Shown piece by piece: positions 1 to 11,100 of a stretch of 64,000 nt of DNA (its first letter is position 1; every line of letters starts with the position of its first letter). The notes below the pieces were generated by a model. The model ran no database searches. It was not told the origin of the DNA and saw only the letters and a program-made list of their open reading frames with translations. The stretch covers positions 1,034,609 through 1,098,608 of the forward strand of contig CAJINV010000018.1 in assembly GCA_905178155.1 (NCBI GenBank), given 5' to 3'. Made by a program: the position numbers and the translations under genes. Origin of the DNA: Amoebophrya sp. A120. Its lineage: Eukaryota > Protista > Dinoflagellata.

Positions 1-659
1 AAAACAAACTTGGCAATACTGGCAAAAGAAAATTCTTCCGTTTGGGCGGCTCTTTTGGCCCCTCAGAGGGTAAGTACTAGACAAATCCAACGCTCCTTCA
101 AATTGACAGTCACACATCTTCGAAGCAGTCATTTTTGCGCAGCGAGCAAGCTCCAAACGAGCTCTGTAGTGTCGGAAACTACTACTCTGTAGCTTCTTCA
201 TCAAAGCTTCAGGCAGATGATCGAAGAGCATAGCCGTCATCATGCTCTCGTTTTCTACTCTTGGTTATCTTCAAAATTTCATTTTTAGAGTTGTGAAACC
301 GTGCCATGTATTCATCAAAACAGGAATACATTTACATCTGTCATTACGAACGTCACGTAGCTCGTCGGCGGGAAGTAAAAAACATACAAAAAAATTCTTT
401 TGGCTACACCTAGTCGTACATTGTAGTTGATTGTGAATCAGTGTGATTTGTAGTTTTGCGTCCAATTGTTCCATTTGCCTTTGCTCAGCTTGTTCAATAG
501 CCGGTTGTGAGTACTAGTACTTAGCTATCGGTCCAAAACAACTTAAATTTGACGTTGACTTGCTTCACTTCTACCAGAAAAGACATAGATTTTCGTTTTT
601 TCCTTTTCGTTTTCGACAAAAAAATATTTGAAATACGCTTTCTCGCAAAAGAATCCCTC

Positions 660-3600
660 CTAGCGTTTCTTCGTTTTGATCTGCATGCCGCCCACTTTCC
701 CGGGTTGCCCCTATCCTGAGCAAAAACGGTCCCACCCCGTATTGATTTATATCAACTTGGGAAATTAAAAAGACAAATCAAAATTTAATTTTTTCTTTTT
801 TTTGCCTGCGGGAGGGGCTCAGCCTCTATTCGGCTACCCGCATGCAAAAAAAAAGAAAAAGAAGAAAAGGAAAAGGGGCAGGGCGCCCGTACACACAAAG
901 AGGTTGACACCCTTCCTCGAGTATGTCGCTCTGCTGAAGCAGCGGAGGCAGGGACAAGTATTATTCTTGCCGCTAGTATAATACTTTCGATTTTTGCGCT
1001 ATTGTCGTGCCATACATACAAAGGACATACAGACATCACGATCCGTAGAGGCTCAACAGGCCTCCAGAGTCGCGACTTCATACATATACTTACAAAACCT
1101 ACATAGACTTTAGCGTAAAAATCTATCTCGGCCTCCCACTGATCAGCAGCGCATGCTTGCCTTACCTCTGCATGCAAAACTGTTGGTGTGTCTTAGAGGT
1201 AATTCAAGCACACAGATACTACAATCATGCATAGTTCGACATACTTCCCTCCTCTTTTGAAAATTTAGAACCCACACCCAGCAGAATATGTTGCCGTCGG
1301 TCTGGTCGGCACTAACCACCCCGGGGCGGCGATAATCGAAATGGTGGCAGTGCCCTTAGCTCATTCTGCTGGACTCGATGAGAACTAAATGCGCAAAAGT
1401 GCGTCGTCCCTAGTTGTGTGTCTTTCCCTTTTCTTGATCAGTCCTTATTGATAAATTCTCCCGGTTGTGCGATGCGACTGCATGTTGGTCCCAGATAGCA
1501 ACATCGGCGCTGTGTGTGAATCGTATCGCCCGTTTGATCTCTGTTGCTATGTGTGACGTGGTCAGGCGCAGTGCGCTTCCACGTCAGTACCTGTCCCGTC
1601 CTGCCCTTGATTCGTATGCACTCTGCCGCACTGCATTTGTAACTCCCGCCATGGATAAACAGATAGCTCCCCGAGCCTGACTGTTACTTTGCTATGATGC
1701 GGCAACACTATAGCAAGGAGATTGCAGACCCGTTCGTATCTGGCGCCTCTTTTTTTTCTTTCCTGCGCCTCTTTCTCTTCTCCTCTTTGCTTCACTTACC
1801 ATTAAATGTGAGTAACAAGAACTATCTATTGTTAAAAATATCTAAAAACAGACGGAATAATGTGTACCTCTCCTACCACGTACCATTCCGCCTCCGTGGA
1901 TGTCAGCACACTGCATCTATCGTTTTTATTCCGTACATCAAAATTTTCTCACTTTATTTCCCTAGGACTTCGCTTTCCTCATGACATGTCTTATTTTTGC
2001 ATGACAATTTCGCATTCAATAGACTAGAGATTATATCAACATTTAGAAAAGACGAGAATCAAAATCATATTTTTACATCAATTGATAGATGCATCTATGT
2101 CCCATATGAGAAAGATCTAAGATTACAAACCACCATTATTAAAATTCATCCCAGCATAAATAGTATCACAGATTGACTCCCGAGAAGAAAATCAAAATTT
2201 AATTTTTGATGCGCATGACAAGTTTCGGCTCGCAATGAAGTCCTGTTTAGCTAGTGCAGCAGCATCACGGTTCCGGCATAGATATCATCCTGATTCGAGC
2301 ATCACAAATCTCATAACGCCACTGGAAAAGGCTCCTCATGGGTTTCCACATGAGAAACATTTTTAAGCATGCAGATTTGCATGACAACTCTGGGATGAAG
2401 ACGTTTTGGCACAGCATAGCCCCATCGGGTTGTTCAGGTTCTTCAACGAAATCTTCGCCTTGCTCTTGTTCGCCTGGTTTTCCTTTTGCTTTTGCTATGA
2501 CAGTGCACAACTCCCCCTCCCGCTCACTTGTCATGCAAAATACCCAAAGTGCCTCTTCACTTTTGCCACTGTTTGCATGACAAGCTCTGGTGGCCCAAAG
2601 AAATAGCATGTCATTTCAGTGCCAATCTGTCATGCAAAACCGGCACTCTTGCTGATGCTTGTGTTGCCGTTCATGCTATACATTCGGGGGAGGGTGAGCT
2701 GTGCACTCTGATATTTCCCCGAGAAAGAGCACCGCCCCGCCCATCAAGAGGAACAGAATGGCGATGATGCAAAACAGGTAGATCACGCCACCGTAGGTCC
2801 CCAGCCCATACATCCAGTTGTTCTGCTCCATCCGCTTCTTCGCCCTCGCACGCTTGCGCTCCTTCGCCTTGGCCTTGGCCTCGGATTGGGTTGATTTTGC
2901 TTGCAGCAGCTGCTGCTCGTCGTGTACGGTCTTCTGCACCAGATTGAAGTCCTGCATGGAAATCTTGGGCAACGGACCGAAGGGCATGATGACGATGTCG
3001 GTTAAGTCCTCCGGCACGTTCTTCTGGAGCCATTCCTGGATGTAGGGCATCAGCCCTAAACTATCCACGAGTAAAAACAGCTACCTAGCAGGGCATGTAA
3101 TTATTTGGAATGCAAAAATAAATAGGAAGCAAAATCTGCGATGGAGGGCATGCCCATTTGTATAGCAGGTTGCAGCTTAGGAGCGGTCCATGTAACATCA
3201 CAGATGAACGAAGCCCTGTAGTTCAGTCTCAGTGTATCTGTATTCATTTCTCCATTACAAATCAATATGCAACCTGGTACTAGTTGTGGCTGTTTTCTGT
3301 GTGATATGGGTTCTCCGGGTTTACCAGACCGCCCTCAACAAACTCCTCCACATCTCCGCTATTCCCTGAAAATTAACCAGCCCCATCCAGTTCTTTGTCA
3401 TGCAAAACATGTATATAAATTCTGTGTCTGTGATGCAAAAAGTGGATCATGGGGATGGTTAATTTTTAAGGAATATCCGTTGTCCATTTCTACCAGGCAC
3501 TTTATCAAGTGTAAAAATGTCTGGGTCTGGAAGAGTCGGGGCTTGTCATGCACATTTTGCATGACGCGTGAGGTCTGTGATGCTGGTGCTAGCATCACAG

Positions 3601-5430
3601 ATTTTTTGAGAGCTTCTTGATGCTAATTACGCATGAGAAATGCAGCCCTCTCCGCGTACCAGGAACTGACTCCTCTTGCTGCTTATGCAACACAGACATT
3701 TTTAGAATCCGCAGACAGCATTACAAGCTCCACGCTCCCAGACCCAGACATATTTGCAATCCATACACTTCGACCACTGCCCAACGATCAGAGAGTCCTG
3801 CACAAAACGCGGCTCAATCTTCTGTTGCTGATAGTTGTTGTAGGTAGTTTTTCATTTCACGTCATGACTTTAGCATCAACATGCAGCATATTACACCATT
3901 TCGATTTATTTTCATATGTCATTGAAGATTCGGCATCACAAATCCAAGCGATGGAGGTCGAGTTGGTTCCACGCTGGTCAAAAAGGTCCACTTCTAGTGC
4001 TAAACTATGTAAATTAATACGTCTATCGTGAAGACGTCTAGCAATTTCGTGAGCTTGGTCTGCATCTCTGGCCCGCCCATCTGCAGCGTCATGCGCGCCA
4101 GGTACATGCACAGCATGGTATCAAATGCAAAAGTGTCTGGGTCTGGAAGAATGCAACTTGTGATGCTGCATTTGGATTCCAAAAAAATCTGTATTGCATG
4201 AGTAGCAAAGGGAATGCAATTTTTGCTCCGCTGAGAAGGCATTTGTCATGCGGAATACGCATCAAGAAGCCCTCAAAAAATCTGTATTGCTAGGGTATGC
4301 ATCACGGACCTCATGGCTCATGCAAAACGTGCATGACAAGTGTCAGAAGCTTCCAGACCCAGACATTTTTACAGTTGATACATGGACTTGTCTTGCATCT
4401 CCGAAGCAGTGTCTGTTGTGTCCGCGAAGATCGGCTTCGCACCGAGGTCCACGTAGTGCGGCAGCGGGGGTAGTGGTTTCCCGTTCGGCATCATCTGCGG
4501 TATGCTGTGCAAAAGTATCGCTACTCTCGTACTAATTGCAAATATGCATGACAAATCTTCTTCCTAAGGTAAAAAATAAAGCATTACAAATTGCATTTGT
4601 CATGCTGAGCAAATTTGCAATGCAGTTTACACTAGTACGATGCTTTTGTATTGCATATGCGGGTTGGGAGGTGGATTTGGATTCCCGGCCTCCATGTTTG
4701 ATTTGGAGGATTCTAGCTTCTCGTATCCTGAGTAAAAACGTACCCACACCAGAGATGTAATGCAGATTTGCAACGACAGGAAGACTTGTAATGCGCATCC
4801 CCATGAGAGCCATTTCCAATCCTGTTTTGGAATTTTTGATGCTGTGAACAGGATGAGCACATGAGTCTGTGATGCGGCTGCACTTGCGAACCTGCACTAC
4901 ACTGCATAGTGCAACTTGTCATGCGTGACTCACAAAACTCCTAGGTTTGTGTTGCAAAATCCCCATCCTGACTCTGGTGTGGGTACGTTTTTACTCAGGA
5001 TATCTCGGGGTCCACGTCCGCATCCAGATCCGAGTCGTCATCCAACGCAGCCTCGTCGTCCTATCAACAAAAGGAAAAACCCCTCCTCCCCATACTCAAG
5101 CTGGAAATTTGTAATGCTGATTTGTGACCGCAAGCCATGTTGTCATGCTAGAAGGCAAAAGATGCGGACTGTAGTGCTGGCTCACGGGGGAAGGCCTTGC
5201 ATCTTCAGCATGACAGAAGGCAAATGGAAGCGCGAAGCAGCATGACGAACTACCTGCAAATAAGGCCACAATTGCGTCTCTTGCCTTTCTAGCAATACAA
5301 ACCGATAATTGCGTACGCAAATACAGCATCACAAATTTCCAGTCCGATATGGGGAGAGGTGAAGATTTTTCCTCACAATACGTCCGGACTTGTAGTTCCT
5401 GCGGGTTCGTCGTCGTCCTCTTGCTCTGCA
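660..5430 (-). CDS. Multi-exon gene for an unknown protein with a C-terminal transmembrane helix; 5' end approximate
   Basis: Exon 2714-3068 (..YGGVIYLFCIIAILFLLMGGAVLFLGE) joins in frame to 2419-2495 (KQKENQANKSKAKISLKNLNNPMG) and 660-706 (QPGKVGGMQIKTKKR*) when the introners plus one 5-bp repeat are removed. Upstream exons lie between introners at 3360-5380 and were not fully reconstructed. Confidence 0.55.
712..2418. mobile_element. Family B introner enlarged to 1.7 kb by an internal insertion
   Basis: Left end tatcctgagcaaaaacgg, right end gacgttttggcacagcata, flanking repeat gcccc/gcccc; a 19-bp direct repeat at 775-793 and 2189-2207 brackets the extra DNA. Confidence 0.75.
2496..2713. 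mobile_element. Introner family D
   Basis: TIR tatgacagtgcacaactcccc...gagctgtgcactctgata; flanks tttgc/tttcc. Confidence 0.8.
3360..3475. mobile_element. Introner family K (116 bp)
   Basis: TIR tattccctgaaaattaacca...tggttaatttttaaggaata; flanks tccgc/tccgt. Confidence 0.7.
3503..3765. mobile_element. Introner family A
   Basis: TIR tatcaagtgtaaaaatgtctgggtctgg...ccagacccagacatatttgcaatccata; direct repeat cactt. Confidence 0.85.
4119..4380. mobile_element. Introner family A
   Basis: Family A TIRs; direct repeat catgg. Confidence 0.85.
4501..4657. mobile_element. Introner family I
   Basis: TIR tatgctgtgcaaaagtatcg...cgatgcttttgtattgcata; direct repeat tgcgg. Confidence 0.8.
4724..5002. 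mobile_element. Introner family B
   Basis: Perfect TIR tatcctgagtaaaaacgtacccacaccagag; direct repeat tctcg. Confidence 0.9.
5062..5380. mobile_element. Introner family E
   Basis: TIR tat..aggaaaaacccctcctccccata...tatggggagaggtgaagatttttcctcacaata; direct repeat cgtcc. Confidence 0.8.
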
Positions 5431-8124
5431 GCGGTTTTCGCTGCGTCCTCGGTTGCAGCTGGAAATAGATGAAGATTTTTGGGCTCGAAAAGGTAAATGA
5501 AATGTTGCACTATAAAAATGCTGATAGCGCGAATCACATGTCCTTACGTTCATATGCACGAACAATTTGAAGACCCACCAGCGTCGGAAAAAAGATCAAT
5601 TATACCGGAATCATCGCTATCCTCCTTTGCTCTTGCTTGCAATGCGCCGAGAGATGACAGCAGCAGAACACGCGTCAGCGAGCGTTTTGATGGAAGTAAC
5701 ATCTTTCGTGGTCTGGCTCTGGAGGTGTTGACGAGTCGATTCTACAACGACCTCAGAAAAAGTCTTTTCGCCGAGCCAGGTGCCACCAGCCAAAATGGTG
5801 ACGACCTACTGCAGTGCTTGCGGTGTGCCAGGTAGGTTGTCTCGCCTAGTGCAAAACACCCCTAGCGCTGACTAGTGGCGGGAACGAGGCGCGGTGCTTT
5901 TCTAACACACTTGACATAGTCAGTAGGCACTTTGCTCTCCAAGTCGCTGCTGCAATTTAGCGCACTACGCAAAAGATCAAAACATCATCCACAACGGAGC
6001 TAACGGGCTCCACCGCAGGCGCCTGCAGACACAAATGAACAATGCCACTACGAACAGGGGGGGATGGTAACTACCAACGCCTGTCCCCACTACATCGAAC
6101 TCCACGCACTGCTCTGCAGCAGATGTAATTGGAAATAAATCGCGACAACACCCCTGCAGGGCCCAGCACCGAAACAAACAAACCACCGCAGAGGCCGTTG
6201 GCGCCAGCTGCCAAAGACCCAACTCTGAGGAGCACCCATGCCATCTCCACAGTGCGCTGCGTAGCAGCGGGCGAGGCAATACAACCAGACAGCGGCGAGC
6301 CCGAGCAGCCTTGCACGGTCGCGCCGGCCACTGAAGGCAACACCCCAGAGTGAGAAAGGGGATTTGATGAAAAGGTGAAGGCGCCGGAGCCTGGCCGACA
6401 ACATACTTCGCGCCACCCTCCCTCCGAAGCGCCCCCCTGGCTCTTCACGGGAGGGGCGCAGGCCGGGCGCGCGGGGCGGCTTCCTTGGCTTGCCGGGAGG
6501 GGGCGGCCAAGGGGGGGCGGGGGGCCCGAAGCAGGCCGCCGGCCCGTCCCGCGCACAAAAGAACTGCGCCCAACCGCGGGAGGGCCCTCGGGCCCGCCCC
6601 ACCCGCTGGACCGGCAAGGGCTGCAAAAGGGCTCGCCCCGGGCCGCGCGCACACCGCGGGGCCGTCTATGCGCGGGGGGGCGGGGGGCGCGCGCGGCGGG
6701 CGGGCAGCCAGCAAGCGAGAGGGCGGCGCGGCTTCTTTGACGCTGCCCGGTTTTGGGCCCATCCATCAGGGTGGCGATGTTCTCCCTCGGGCCGCCGGCC
6801 CGGCGCAGTCGATTCATGCCGAAAGTCTTTGGCTAACAGGCGAGGCCGCGGCTAGCGGCGGCGCATACCGCGCCACCGGGTGCGGTCGAAGGAAGACGAA
6901 GCGCCAAGGCCCACCGGCACGCAGGCAGCACCCCCGGCCGGCGAGCCGCTACACCCAAGCCGGCGCCAAGGCCAGGCGCGGCAATGGTGGGCGCTCCGTG
7001 CCAGTCGAGTGCCCACGGACAGATAACGCGCGCCGCTTGCTGCAATAATCTCCGCCGGCGAAAGTCCTACCTTCAGCAAGGCGGTCGGCATCCGTAAGAT
7101 AGAATACAGGCGCCAGGCGAATCGTCTCGCGTGCGCCGTAGCGCTGACCCATAGGGCGCAACACTGCACAAGGGCAACCCGATTTCGCGCGCTGGGGCTG
7201 CATGCCAATGCCCAGGCAAGGCGGGCCACAACCCCGCCCGAAAGAAGGGGCCAAGCGCGCGCCCCCTGCGTCGGCTTGAAATAAATCCCAAGGGGGAGGG
7301 GCGCCGCTCGGCCGCCCCTCTCAAGCTACAGCGGCAGGCCGACAAAGGCGCGCCCGCCTATTTATAAGCACCCACGAAGGCATTGCCCTGCGGCGTCTGT
7401 CCGAAATAACAGCACGGACACACTTCCCACAAACAAGGGGCCGGCGTGCCGGGCCCTCGGCTGATTGCGCTGGCGGCCCGAATGAGAAAGGGCCGCCGCG
7501 TTCGCGGCCGGCCCAGCGAGAAGGATGGAGCCGGGGGCAGGGCGGCTGGCGCCACGCGCCGCGTAATGTTTGATCGGGTGGCCTCTGGCGATTGCTTCCC
7601 CCCCTATCTCGCTCGCCTTGCTTGGGGCGCGGGGGGCGCCTGGCTGCCCGGCCTTTGTTTTCACCCGGACGCCGGCCCCTCTAGTCTGCCGCGTGCAAAG
7701 CAGGCGCCACTGTACGCGAGCGCCACGGGGGGCCCGCCGAAAGAGAAGGAGGAGCCCCAGCGCTGGGGGCGCTCTCTCTTTGCGCCGGCGCGGTAGCTGT
7801 GGCGAGCGAAGATTCTGCCGTGAATGCATTCCGGAAAAACACGAAGAGACGCTTACGGAACATGGCAAACTGGGAACACCTGTATGCCGGAGGACCATTA
7901 CTCCTCAGCCACGCGACGAGATGCATTCGCGTTTAACATCGACGTGAAGACTGTCGTGTTTATTCATAAATATATTGGGTTTTATCTTTCCGATCTTCGA
8001 GTAGAGCCAGGCCAAGGCAAATAAGGCGGATTTCCCAGAAATCAAGTAACAACAGCACACATCCTTCTTCGTCTTCATCATCAAAAATGAATTAATATGA
8101 AAATGATATCTATCAAGTCAGTCC

Positions 8125-11100
8125 TCAATCCAGGCACTGCTGCGTGCCGAGCGGATCCACTTCCAGACACCTCATCGGGTATTGTATGGTGTTGTTCGAG
8201 TACTCAAGAATCCACGCACTGCTACTCGAGTGAACAAACTGTGGCACAGCGACCTCATCCGCACCAACAGGGCGGCCACTTCCACCTGGCGTCTGCACGT
8301 CAAACTCCACCTCTCCGTTCTTTTCCACACTACTTTCCCCCCTATTTCCACCGAAAAGCGTTACGTCCCGTGAAAAAGAGTACCGACCGTGCGTGTCCAC
8401 GCACCGGGCGCCCCGCACCAACGCGCGCTGCACCAGCTGCGTCGCCGACTCGGACTCCCAGCCCGGAAGTTGGGGAAGAGGCTGGAGTGAAATCGTTCCA
8501 GTGGACGCCGCGACCTGTTCTACGTGATTTTTCCCCCCTGGTCGTTCGGGCGGTGTTAAATCGTCCCAAGTAGAAGTTGTACTTATTATACTATCGTCCG
8601 CATTAGTTTTAGTACCACCCATCCACCTCCCGCAAACCGCATTAGATTTGGAGTTGGCACCTCCGCTTTGTTGAAGTTGATCGTGCTCGTGCTCGACCAC
8701 CGGCACCACCTGACGTAGCGAGCACTGGTAAAGTGCCCGGTACTCCGCGGTTCGAAACTTCGGCGCCTTCAGTAGTTCCCCCGCGGTCGAGTAGGACACG
8801 ACCAGTGCGTCGCGTTCCAGCTCCTGTTTGTCCACCAAACACAAGCCCCGGTACCGCCACCGGTGCACGCGGAAGATTTCCCGCGCGGTCAGGCTGTGCG
8901 TGACAAACCGGCACTTCTTCGCGGGCTGCTCCTTCGAGCGAAATGATGTGTGTCTTCGCGTGTCAGTAGAGAACTCGCTGTCCAAGCCGTACTGCGCCAC
9001 GTCCACGCCGCCCCACTTTCGCAGACAGCCCGCGAGCATCACGTCCTCCATGCCCGCGCCCCCGACGCCCCGGATGGCTTCCAGGAGGCAGAAGGACGAC
9101 CAGATGCCCGCTTTCGCGATCAAGCCCCGCGAAAGAAAGTACCCGCCGCCGCCGGACGCGAAGAACGAATTTTTTCCGTACCGCCCCTCCGCGACCTGCG
9201 GCATATGGATGTGTCAGGATCGAAGTCGTCAAAGTTGAAATAATTTGTAATGCATAAAATGCATGACGCGCGGTACGTTTGTTGCAGAGCAGGCAAGTGA
9301 GGCCTATTGTAAGCCTGTTTGGGGTTAGAGCTCGAGCTGCTACAGTAGCATGAGAAAGTCAGTCTTGTTTGCCTAAACAGCATGACAAACTGGATTTAGG
9401 AACCACCAAAATTTGTCATGCGCCACTTGGAAACTGGGTTCCAACTGGCATCCATTTTATGCATGACAAATCATTTCAACTTTGTCGATTTCAAAGCTGA
9501 CGCGTCCATACGGCACCCCTAAGTAGTACATCTTCCGCGAGTCCGTGAAGCAGGAAAGCCGCTCGAGCAGAGCGGACGTGTGCACGTGGGAATCCGCGTC
9601 CGCTTTCATGTACCAGTGACACAAGTCCCGGTAGACGGGATTTCGTCCCAGTACCTCGAACATGCGGAAGGTGCGAAGGGGAAGGTGTGCGTAGTCCGTC
9701 TCCAAGTCCTCTTCGAACGTGACGGTTGGCACGCGCCTGTCCTCGCGGAACGACTCCTGCGTCGCGATGGTCCCGGGGGGCTCGAGGAAAAAAACCGCAA
9801 TGTCAGAGCTGTTCCTCGCCCATGTGTCTCTTGCCGCCCGAGCGGTGTCGATGTAGGACTTTTTCCGGAAGGAAACCGGGATGAAAATGCACAGGAAAAA
9901 CTTCGGGTCGGGCTTTGGTTTCTTCTGCAGCTGCAGGTTTTCCAGAATCTCGTCCGAAACCGGTAATCTGACCGGGGAAATCTTCGGGCCGGAGGACACA
10001 GTTGCGGTGGTCGCGATCAGTTGGCTTGTCGCATTTTTCTCGTGCTCGTCCTCAGAGTTGAACCAATTGCTGAGGTTTTTTGCGAACGTTTCGCCAATTT
10101 TGGCTCGCATAGTCTCGATTTCTTCCATGTGGCGCCTCATCTTCGGGTCAGCATCTTCATCTTGTTCCGGGAAGATTCTGTTTGAAGCGGCTTTATTCTT
10201 GTTGATCTTGATCTTGTTCCAATGTTTCTTTCCCTGCGGCGGCTTTACCACCGCGGGTTCGTCCAACCAGGGAACGATGGGGTTCGTGTTTATTATTTCA
10301 TCCCTAGCAGTTTCTACTAGAGGGCTGACCTCGAGCTCGTCGTTCGTCGATGAAGATACTGTACCAGTTATTGCTTCAATAACATCATCCACAGTTGCGG
10401 TAGGCTCTGCTGCGTCCGCATTCTTCTCTGACAGGTGCGACATGTGATAGTACTCTGTGTCATTTGTCATAGTAGAAACTTCTGACGTCTCTGCCGCGGG
10501 CGGTATGATTTTCTCTACATTGAGGTAACCAAAAGGCTCTACGTCTTCACTTTCTTCCTTCGCTGCGGTTTCCGGAGCTGCAGCACTGGCGGGGTCATTT
10601 GCGATATCCTCTTCCAAAGTTGTATCTGTACTCTCTGTTGGCTGCTTAAAAAAGTCCGAGAAAATCGGCACATCCACGGAATGCGACGCAAGGAGCTGGG
10701 CTCCGTAGACCAGTTTCGACAAAGACCGCGTCTCCTCTTCGCGCGCACGAAGCAATAGTTCCGAGGCAGTTGTAGGAGTGGTTCCACTTGCGGGAGAAGA
10801 TGATGGATAACTTTTGGCAACTTCCTCCACCTCGTCGTCCTCTCCGCTTCCATCCTCTGCACCCGAACTTCCTCCCCACCAGGAGCTAAAGAACGACGAG
10901 GACGATCCTGTGCCACCACCGGAGGAAGTGCTCATCCCCGCAGCTTTACGTCGTCGCTTTTTCACCACAATCTGGTCGAAGAACGGCAGCGCCACACTCC
11001 CCTCGCCGTCTATCCTGAGTCAAAACGTCCTCACCCCAGAGTTGTCACGCAGATCTGCATGCTAAAAAAGTTTCTCACGCGGAGCCCCATGAGAAGCATT

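Noticed and set aside
3267-5332. Many short ORFs with recurring peptides (PDPDIFA, FQTQTFLHLI, GVGTFLLRI) suggesting a protein family
   Set aside because: They are translations of introner TIRs in various frames and recur wherever introners occur.
6071-7947. Overlapping Arg/Gly/Pro/Ala-rich ORFs up to 248 aa
   Set aside because: They are expected from stop-codon scarcity in very GC-rich DNA and have no recognisable domain.
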